Shown here in pieces: positions 56,350 to 64,000 of a stretch of 64,000 nucleotides of DNA; positions within the stretch are counted from its first letter, which is position 1, and each line of letters opens with the position of its first letter. The stretch is from Erysipelotrichaceae bacterium. GTDB taxonomy: Bacteria > Bacillota_I > Bacilli_A > RFN20 > CAG-826. The stretch lies in NCBI GenBank assembly GCA_012837435.1, contig DURD01000030.1, forward strand, positions 405-64,404, given 5' to 3'. The translations under genes were made by a program, and so were the position numbers. The notes under the pieces were generated by a model, which was not told where the DNA came from, did not search any database, and saw only the letters and a list, made by a program, of their open reading frames with translations.

Positions 56350-57260
56350 ACGTATTCGATACATTGATTATCGGCGCTGGGCCATGCGGTATTAGAACCG
56401 CGATTGTTTTAAAGGAAGCGGGCTTAAACGTTGCGATTATTGAAGGTAGTTCGCCGGGAGGCAAGATTAACATTGCCCCGCGAGTGGATAATTATCCAGG
56501 CTTTAAAAAAATTCCTGGTCCAGATTTAGCCGTAGAATTTTTTTCTTGGCTCAATGAAGCGAAAGTAGAAATGATCGCTGATGTGGTGACCTCATTAACT
56601 AAAGAAAATGATATTTTTGTAGTCGAATGCGAAACCGCGAAGTATTACGCTAAAACCGTGATGGTGGCTTCGGGAACAAAAGAAAGAAAATTAGGCTTAC
56701 CAAAAGAAGAGAAACTCTTCGGTCATGGTTTAACCTATTGCGCAATGTGCGATGGCCATTTCTTTAAAGGAAAAGATGTTTTGATGATTGGGGGCGGAAA
56801 CACCGCGCTTAAAGAAGCGATTTATATGGCCACTCTAGCGCATCATGTTTACTTAATACATCGCCGCAACGAATTTAGAGGAAGTAACTATTTAGTTAAA
56901 GAATTAAGAGAACTACCTAATACGACAGTCTTGACTCCTTATATTCCTATCGAATTAATCGGGGAAGATTGTCTAGAAGGAGTAAAAATTCAAAATGTTG
57001 AAACCAAAGAAGAACAGGTTTTAGTGGTTCAGGGAGTCTTTCCGCTCGTGGGGCAAATTCCCAATTCCCAGTTCATAAAAATTCCCGGAGTTACTAACGA
57101 ATGGGGAACCATTCCTGTTGATAACAAAACTAAACAAACTAGTGTAGAAGGTTTATATGCTGGAGGTGATATACTTCCACGCGATATCAGACAAATATAT
57201 TTATCGGAAGTTGATGGAAAAGCGGCGGCAAGAGCCATCATTGAATATCTCAATAAATAA
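56346..57260 (+). CDS. trxB: thioredoxin-disulfide reductase
   Basis: FAD motif IGAGPCG, redox-active CAMCDG, NADPH motif GGGNTALKEA. 304 aa. Confidence 0.85.
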   Translation: MNVFDTLIIGAGPCGIRTAIVLKEAGLNVAIIEGSSPGGKINIAPRVDNYPGFKKIPGPDLAVEFFSWLNEAKVEMIADVVTSLTKENDIFVVECETAKYYAKTVMVASGTKERKLGLPKEEKLFGHGLTYCAMCDGHFFKGKDVLMIGGGNTALKEAIYMATLAHHVYLIHRRNEFRGSNYLVKELRELPNTTVLTPYIPIELIGEDCLEGVKIQNVETKEEQVLVVQGVFPLVGQIPNSQFIKIPGVTNEWGTIPVDNKTKQTSVEGLYAGGDILPRDIRQIYLSEVDGKAAARAIIEYLNK

Positions 57261-57384
57261 ACTCTAGCTAAACATTCAATTTTAGCCGTTAATTCGATAA
57301 CTTTTTAATTCTGCAAAGTTTTTTCAAAAAAGAGTTAATCAAACTACATACTAACTTTTTAATTTTTGATAAAATAGTAAAAGC

Positions 57385-58344
57385 ATGAGAAACAAAAATT
57401 CCTTTACCTCTCAAGTCAAAGAAGAACTGATAAACAATCCCTATCCTTCTAGCGATCGCTTAAGAGCCCTTCTTTCTGCCTACATTAGGATTAATGGTTC
57501 GTTAGTATTTCGTCATAAGAAAACCTTATTGCGACTCATCACCGAGAATGCAAAAATCGGAGGATTTATTTATAAAACAATTAATGATATATATAGCGTC
57601 AACGCCAAATTAATTGTTAAGGAAAACAAGAAATTTGTTCGAAATAATTTGTATATCATCGAAATTATAGAGGCTTCAGAAATGATAATGGATGATTTAG
57701 AAATATCATTTTTAGAAGGCAAAATCAGTAAAAACATTGTCAAAAACGACGATACGATTTCTGGCTATTTAGCGGGTGCTTTTTTAGCAGCCGGTTCAAT
57801 AAATTCGCCTATTACTTCTAATTATCATCTAGAAATCGCTTTGAACAATGATAACTACGCTAAATGGTTGGCTAAATTATTTGCTAAATATAAAAACTGC
57901 AATATCGAACCCAAGATTACAAAAAGGCGTGAAGAATATGTCATTTACTTTAAAAAAAGCGATCAAATTAGCAATTTTCTAATTATGATTGGAGCGGTTT
58001 CCTCTTGTTTAGAATTTGAAAACATCCGGGCGAATCGCGATTTAATGAACAATGCGAATCGATTGACGAATATGGACACCGCGAATATGAAAAGAACGAT
58101 TGAAACGGGTTCAAGACAAGCGAAAGAGATCGCTTTTATCGATAAAGCACTGGGCATTGATAACCTCAGCAGTTTAAAAGAAAGAGAACTGTGCAAAATT
58201 AGACTTGCCAACGAGTCAGCTTCTCTACAAGAATTAGCGGATTTGATGAGCGAGACTTTTGGAACCACTATTTCAAAGAGCAATGTCAATCATCTTTTCC
58301 GTTCTATTCACGCATTATATGAGAGGTTAAGTCATGACGATTAA
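57385..58344 (+). CDS. whiA: DNA-binding protein WhiA
   Basis: 319 aa. N-terminal FTSQVKEEL, degenerate LAGLIDADG-type core (ISGYLAGAFLAAGSI), C-terminal HTH (SLQELADLM...ISKSNVNHLFR). Confidence 0.85.
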   Translation: MRNKNSFTSQVKEELINNPYPSSDRLRALLSAYIRINGSLVFRHKKTLLRLITENAKIGGFIYKTINDIYSVNAKLIVKENKKFVRNNLYIIEIIEASEMIMDDLEISFLEGKISKNIVKNDDTISGYLAGAFLAAGSINSPITSNYHLEIALNNDNYAKWLAKLFAKYKNCNIEPKITKRREEYVIYFKKSDQISNFLIMIGAVSSCLEFENIRANRDLMNNANRLTNMDTANMKRTIETGSRQAKEIAFIDKALGIDNLSSLKERELCKIRLANESASLQELADLMSETFGTTISKSNVNHLFRSIHALYERLSHDD

Positions 58345-58552
58345 TAAACAATTAGGTTATCGAATTCGCTTTTTAAGACAGCAAAAGGGACTTTCCATTG
58401 AGGCCTTAGCGTTAGAAGCAAACATCAATCGCAATTATCTGTGCGATTTAGAAAGAGGAACCCGCAACCCAACCCTAATGATTCTTAATAAAATTGCGGT
58501 GGCTCTAGATATCGATTTATCGAAACTCTTTGAAGGAATTGTGGAAATATAA
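58334..58552 (+). CDS. XRE-family (HTH_3) transcriptional regulator
   Basis: 72 aa. LRQQKGLSIEALALEANINRNYLCDLERGTRNPTLMIL. Overlaps the whiA stop by 11 nt. Confidence 0.75.
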   Translation: MTINKQLGYRIRFLRQQKGLSIEALALEANINRNYLCDLERGTRNPTLMILNKIAVALDIDLSKLFEGIVEI

Positions 58553-58677
58553 AAGCGACCTGCTGAATATAAAATCCTATTTATTAATGAAATATTATGG
58601 TGTTTAGTGTGGTAAATTAATTTTTTAATTCGAGGTTTAATTTCTAGTTATTTTAGACTAGCTTTCATACTTTATTC

Positions 58678-58706
58678 TTGCATCTTATATTAAATATAAG
58701 TAATAT
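58678..58706 (+). promoter_or_regulatory. putative gap operon promoter whose 17-nt spacer is a perfect 7-3-7 palindrome
   Basis: ttgcat (58678-58683), cttatatTAAatataag (58684-58700), taatat (58701-58706). Confidence 0.5.
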
Positions 58707-58737
58707 ATAACCGCAGTGACAATTTAAGGAGGCATAT

Positions 58738-59811
58738 ATGTCAAAAGTTAGAGTCGCAATTAATGGATTCGGTCGTATTGGCCGTTTAGCATTTAGACAA
58801 ATGTTTGGAGGAGACAATTATGAAATCGTCGCTATTAACGATTTAACATCCCCAACCATGTTGGCTAATTTATTAAAGTATGATACCGTTCAAGGTGGGT
58901 ATGCAGGCTATTATGGCCAAGGCTTGCACCTTGTCGAAAGCAAAGAACCAGAATACGCTGAAGATGGAAAAACCATCGTTAAAGAAGGTTCGATTGTTGT
59001 CGACGGAAAAGAGATTACAATCTATGCTCGTCCAAAAGCTATAGATTTACCTTGGAAAGAATTAAAGGTCGACGTCGTTTTAGAATGTACAGGCTTTTAT
59101 ACTTCCAAAGAAAAATCCATGGACCACATTAGAGCAGGGGCTCGCAAAGTCGTGATTTCCGCTCCGGCAGGAAACGACCTACCAACCATCGTCTACGGTG
59201 TCAATGAAAACATACTAAAAAAAGAAGACAACGTTATTTCTGCAGCTTCTTGTACAACAAACTGCTTAGCTCCACTAGCCAAAGCATTAAATGACGCTTT
59301 TCCAATTCAATCGGGCATCATGACTACTATTCACGCTTACACTAGCGATCAAATGATTTTAGATGGTCCACATAGAAAGGGCAATTTAAGAAGAGCACGT
59401 GCTGCTGCTGCTAACATTGTTCCTAGCAGTACTGGCGCCGCTAAAGCTATTGGTTTAGTTATTCCTGAACTCAATGGTAAGCTCATCGGTTCCGCACAAC
59501 GAGTTCCAGTTACCACTGGTTCAACAACTATTTTAGTAGCAGTAGTAAAAGGTAGAGACGTTACCGTTGATAAAGTCAACGCTGCTATGAAAGCACAAGC
59601 TTCGGAATCTTTCGGCTATAATGAAGACGAAATCGTTTCTAGTGATGTCATCGGTATGAAATATGGTTCATTATTTGATGCTACTCAAACAATGGTTTCT
59701 AAATTAAGTGATGATTTGTATCAAGTCCAAGTGATTGCTTGGTATGACAACGAAGAATCTTATACCACTCAAATGGTCCGTACCATTAAATACTTTGCAA
59801 AAGTTGGTTAA
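58738..59811 (+). CDS. gap: glyceraldehyde-3-phosphate dehydrogenase
   Basis: NGFGRIGR and catalytic [10 protein letters not shown]. 357 aa, with an insertion of roughly 20 aa near residues 50-85. Confidence 0.95.
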   Translation: MSKVRVAINGFGRIGRLAFRQMFGGDNYEIVAINDLTSPTMLANLLKYDTVQGGYAGYYGQGLHLVESKEPEYAEDGKTIVKEGSIVVDGKEITIYARPKAIDLPWKELKVDVVLECTGFYTSKEKSMDHIRAGARKVVISAPAGNDLPTIVYGVNENILKKEDNVISAASCTTNCLAPLAKALNDAFPIQSGIMTTIHAYTSDQMILDGPHRKGNLRRARAAAANIVPSSTGAAKAIGLVIPELNGKLIGSAQRVPVTTGSTTILVAVVKGRDVTVDKVNAAMKAQASESFGYNEDEIVSSDVIGMKYGSLFDATQTMVSKLSDDLYQVQVIAWYDNEESYTTQMVRTIKYFAKVG

Positions 59812-59852
59812 TAAAAACTCGTTTTATTAATCGTAGATAGTAGTATAAAAAT

Positions 59853-59880
59853 ACGGCACCTCTATCCCTAAAGGTGCCGT
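59853..59880 (+). other. 9-bp GC-rich stem-loop between gap and pgk without a U-tract
   Basis: acggcacct (59853-59861) pairs with aggtgccgt (59872-59880), with a 10-nt loop. Followed by tagttattag rather than a T-run. Confidence 0.5.
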
Positions 59881-59904
59881 TAGTTATTAGAAAGGACAAT
59901 TAAC

Positions 59905-61134
59905 ATGTTAACTGTTAAAGAAATGAATGGCTTAGAAGGCAAACGCATCATCGTTCGTGTCGACTTTAATGTCCCATTTAAAGAGGGCGCTATTCGTGAT
60001 GATAATCGCATTGTTTCCGCTTTGCCAACTATTAAAGAATTAATCGGTAAAGGTGCAAAGGTTATTTTGATATCCCATTTGGGTAAAGTGCAACACAAAC
60101 TCGCTTCAGAAGATCCTGATAAATTTGCCAAACAAATTAAAGAAGGTAATTTAGCTCCTGTTGCGGTTCGCTTGAGCGAATTATTGAACCAACCGGTAAT
60201 TTTTGTCCCAGAAACGCGTGGCAAAAACCTCGTTGATGCTGTCAATAATTTAAATAATGGGGAGATCTTATTAGTCCAAAACACACGTTACGAAAAGGGT
60301 GAAGAAAAAAACGACCCTGAGATAGCCAAGATTTGGGCTGATTTAAGCGATGCTTTTGTAATGGATGCTTTTGGTTCTGCTCATAGAGCTCATGCTTCTA
60401 CTGTGGGTATTCCAGAAATACTAAAAAGCGAAGGAAAACCAGTCGCGGTTGGTTATTTAGTGGAAAAAGAATTTGCTAGTTTGAGTCGATGTGTGGATGT
60501 CAAAGATACAGATCGCCCATATGTTGCCATTTTGGGTGGGTTAAAAGTTTCCGATAAAATCCAAGTGATTGAAACTCTTTTAAAAAAATGCGATAAAGTT
60601 TTAATTGGAGGGGCCATGGCTTATACATTTTTAAAAGCTTTAGGTCATAGCGTGGGTGATTCACCAGTGGAAAACGATCAATTAGACTATGCAAAAAACT
60701 GTTATTTAAAAGCTAATGGCAAGATTGTTTTACCAGTAGATTCTGTAATTTCAGATGCCTTTAATCCCGCGATTAGAACGACTATTCAGACAGTTAACGC
60801 GGGAAAAATTCCTGAAGGATTTGAAGGCCTTGATATCGGTCCGAGAACTAGAGAACTATTTGCTAATGAAATCGCCAAAGCCAAAATGATTTTCTGGAAT
60901 GGTCCGATGGGCGTCTTCGAACAAGACGAATTCCAAAAAGGCACCATCGCTGTTTGTGAGGCCGTTACCAAAAACGAAAAAGCTTTTACCGTTTGTGGTG
61001 GTGGCGATAGCGCTGCGGCTGTCAAACAGTTTGGATACATGGATAAATTTTCTCATGTTTCTACTGGTGGAGGAGCCGCTTTAGAAATGATTGAAAATGA
61101 AGGTCATCTCCCAGGAATAGATGTGGTTCGTTAA
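59905..61134 (+). CDS. pgk: phosphoglycerate kinase
   Basis: 409 aa. RVDFNVP, SHLG and GGGDSAAAV motifs. Confidence 0.95.
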   Translation: MLTVKEMNGLEGKRIIVRVDFNVPFKEGAIRDDNRIVSALPTIKELIGKGAKVILISHLGKVQHKLASEDPDKFAKQIKEGNLAPVAVRLSELLNQPVIFVPETRGKNLVDAVNNLNNGEILLVQNTRYEKGEEKNDPEIAKIWADLSDAFVMDAFGSAHRAHASTVGIPEILKSEGKPVAVGYLVEKEFASLSRCVDVKDTDRPYVAILGGLKVSDKIQVIETLLKKCDKVLIGGAMAYTFLKALGHSVGDSPVENDQLDYAKNCYLKANGKIVLPVDSVISDAFNPAIRTTIQTVNAGKIPEGFEGLDIGPRTRELFANEIAKAKMIFWNGPMGVFEQDEFQKGTIAVCEAVTKNEKAFTVCGGGDSAAAVKQFGYMDKFSHVSTGGGAALEMIENEGHLPGIDVVR

Positions 61135-61135
61135 T

Positions 61136-61891
61136 ATGAGGAAAAAATTATTACTGGGCAACTGGAAAATGAATAAACTCGCTTCTGAAGCGAAACAATT
61201 TGCTGTAGCTTCCTCTTCTTTAGTAGAAAAAGCCAAGCTCCACAATATCGATTTAGGGGTAGCGCCGACATACTTATCTTTATCGATTGTTAAAGAAAAC
61301 GCTAATAAAGATATGATTGTTGCGGCACAAAATGTGCATTTTAATAGTAGCGGAGCTTTCACTGGCGAAATCTCTATTCCAATGTTAAAAGAATTCGGGA
61401 TTAATTGGGCTTTGATTGGTCATAGTGAAAGAAGAACTTATGACAATGAGACCAATGAAAAATGCCATGCTAAAATCACAGCTTTAATCGCTAACGACAT
61501 GGTGCCAGTCTACTGTGTCGGTGAAACTTTAAGTCAATTTGAAGCTAATCGAACAAAAGAGATAGTGGAAAGACAAGTAAGAGAGGGTTTAAAAGACTTA
61601 ACTTCAGCTTTAGTTAAAAACTTAGTAGTGGCTTATGAACCAGTGTGGTCCATTGGAACGGGAAAAAATGCTTCCACAGAAATCGCTGAAGAAGTGTGTA
61701 AATTCATTCGCGATACCTTGAAAGATATGTTTGGTGATGTCGCTGATGAAATTAGAATTCTCTATGGGGGTTCTGTGAAACCAGAAAACATTAGAGCCTA
61801 TCTGTCGTGTCCCAATGTCGATGGCGCTCTAGTGGGAGGAGCTTCTTTGAAAATTGATTCTTACGAAGCTCTATTAGATAATATTATGTGA
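61136..61891 (+). CDS. tpiA: triose-phosphate isomerase
   Basis: The ATG at 61136, just after the pgk stop, gives MRKKLLLGNWKMN. IGHSERR and AYEPVWSIGTG motifs. The track start at 61121 is an extension. Confidence 0.9.
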   Translation: MRKKLLLGNWKMNKLASEAKQFAVASSSLVEKAKLHNIDLGVAPTYLSLSIVKENANKDMIVAAQNVHFNSSGAFTGEISIPMLKEFGINWALIGHSERRTYDNETNEKCHAKITALIANDMVPVYCVGETLSQFEANRTKEIVERQVREGLKDLTSALVKNLVVAYEPVWSIGTGKNASTEIAEEVCKFIRDTLKDMFGDVADEIRILYGGSVKPENIRAYLSCPNVDGALVGGASLKIDSYEALLDNIM

Positions 61892-61899
61892 GGTGAATT

Positions 61900-62715
61900 A
61901 TGCCAATTTTTGAATCTTTCGATGACGAAAACGTCAACCAACTTAATCCTAAAAGTACTGTAAAAACCTATGATTTTACTGAAAAAAAATCAAAAGGTGC
62001 ATTTTTAACGCGCGTTTTTGGGGTAATGTTTATTTGCTTATTGATTACAACTGCCGTGGCCGCAGGATTTGGATATGGATTCCAACACTATCTTGTTTCC
62101 ACCGCCACCATCATTGAAGGAGAAATGGTGTTTAGTGAAACTGCTCTGACAACTTTATTTACTGTTTTGGGCATTTCTTTCGTGGCATTATTAGCGATGT
62201 CATTTGTGCTACCGATTACTTTTGCGAGAGGCAAACGCAATATTTTAATCCCCTTAATAATTTACGTAGTGTTAATGGGTGTTATGCTCTCGACATTTAC
62301 TTTCGTATTTGAATGGTATCTTTTAGTAGAGGCCTTCGGAGTGACGACCTTAGCTTTTGGAGTCATGGCCTTATTAGGTTATGTTTCCAAAGGTAGATTG
62401 ACAGGCATTGGAGCCATTTTGTCTTCTCTTTTAATCGGCGCTCTTTTACTATCTGGTATTAACTTCATTATTTTCTTATTCGGGGGAATGAGCGAAGGCA
62501 CTCTGATGTTATCATTAGGCGTCAGTTTGATGATTTTTGCTTTCTTGATGCTGGTGACCATGTACGATGTCTGGAGAATCAAACAGATAGCGGAATCTGG
62601 AGCGGGACACGACAACAATCTCGTCTTGTACTGCGCGTATATTCTCTATAGTGACTTCATCGCTATTTTGATAAGAGTAATCTATTACTTAGCTATCATT
62701 AGAAGAAGAAATTAA
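61900..62715 (+). CDS. Bax inhibitor-1/YccA family membrane protein
   Basis: 271 aa, about 7 TM helices. C-terminal LVLYCAYILYSDFIAILIRVIYYL resembles the BI-1 family signature. Confidence 0.65.
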   Translation: MPIFESFDDENVNQLNPKSTVKTYDFTEKKSKGAFLTRVFGVMFICLLITTAVAAGFGYGFQHYLVSTATIIEGEMVFSETALTTLFTVLGISFVALLAMSFVLPITFARGKRNILIPLIIYVVLMGVMLSTFTFVFEWYLLVEAFGVTTLAFGVMALLGYVSKGRLTGIGAILSSLLIGALLLSGINFIIFLFGGMSEGTLMLSLGVSLMIFAFLMLVTMYDVWRIKQIAESGAGHDNNLVLYCAYILYSDFIAILIRVIYYLAIIRRRN

Positions 62716-62742
62716 TTGTTAATTGTTTTTAAAAATTATACG

Positions 62743-62768
62743 AGCCACCTCCATTTGGTGGCTTTTTC
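62743..62768 (+). terminator. rho-independent terminator
   Basis: Stem agccacc/ggtggct, loop tccattt, T5. Confidence 0.75.
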
Positions 62769-62958
62769 ATTATCAAGTGCTAACTAACCTATAGAAATTC
62801 ACGAGCGCGAGCGAGCTAAACGACAACTAGTTAAGAGGCTATTAGGCTTTTGTTAAAAAGCATTGCCAAATAAAAGCAAATAATTATATTGGAAAAAGCA
62901 CTGTGAAAAGCCTCCAAAAAGTACTTTTAGAAAATTGCAATAAAATGAGAAAAAGTCA

Positions 62959-62988
62959 TTGACATGCATAAATGCAAAGTGTTATTAT
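62959..62988 (+). promoter_or_regulatory. rRNA operon promoter
   Basis: Consensus ttgaca, 18-nt spacer ending in tgt, then tattat (extended -10), about 150 nt upstream of 16S. Confidence 0.6.
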
Positions 62989-63043
62989 ATCAAAGCACGC
63001 GTCAGGGAGACCTAGGAGATATTACGTAGTAATAGCGTGCAGC

Positions 63044-63060
63044 TGATCTTTGAAAACTAA
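63044..63060 (+). promoter_or_regulatory. boxA-like antitermination element in the rRNA leader
   Basis: tgatctttgaaaactaa resembles the CTTTGAAAACTAA-type leader box of Firmicutes/Mollicutes rrn operons, recalled from memory. Confidence 0.5.
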
Positions 63061-63135
63061 ACAGATGTACAAACAAAACGTCAATTTATTTTTTAATTTT
63101 AAACAAAACCAGATAATTATTTTGAACTAGATAAA

Positions 63136-64000
<865 letters not shown>

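Overview
AT-rich bacterial chromosomal window made almost entirely of core housekeeping genes. It uses the standard code: UGA terminates ligA at 8874-8876 and acpP at 38368-38370, and all large proteins are intact under code 11.

Gene order, left to right:
- tsaD (partial), asnS, a small membrane-protein cluster, a thioredoxin-like lipoprotein
- pcrA-ligA-gatCAB-galE, tRNA-Arg(CCU), tRNA-Ala(GGC)
- a GntR/ABC operon, glnS, carD-like, HAD, sirtuin, a Wzy_C-like membrane protein
- smpB, folC, a FolT-like protein
- rpmG-secE-nusG, then ktrA inverted, then rplK-rplA-rplJ-rplL-methyltransferase-rpoB-rpoC
- plsX-acpP, rpsL-rpsG-fusA-tuf
- an orphan MalK-like ABC ATPase, tRNA-Lys(CUU), a small Rex-N-like protein, PFOR (nifJ), a hypothetical, tRNA-Pro(GGG), an AttH-like protein
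- uvrA-lgt-ppaX-trxB-whiA-XRE, gap-pgk-tpiA, a BI-1 family protein
- an rRNA promoter/leader and the first ~865 nt of 16S rRNA

The synteny is Firmicutes-like. From memory, the 16S fragment looks Mollicutes/Acholeplasma-like and code 11. This is an inference that needs a database search.

I found no CRISPR array, transposase, integrase, phage genes or recognisable defence island, and no convincing novel multi-gene system. The best leads are:
- a duplicated 12-mer element bracketing the rpsL promoter
- a tandem operator-like repeat on an apparently leaderless GntR gene
- a palindrome filling the spacer of the gap promoter, next to an XRE regulator
- a truncated Rex-like protein upstream of PFOR
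- a coiled-coil insertion in an orphan ABC ATPase
- an uncharacterised three-gene membrane operon divergent from a CxxC lipoprotein
- the co-occurrence of AsnRS, GlnRS and GatCAB

Several ORF-track starts are upstream extensions. I trimmed them using SD placement and conserved N-termini.
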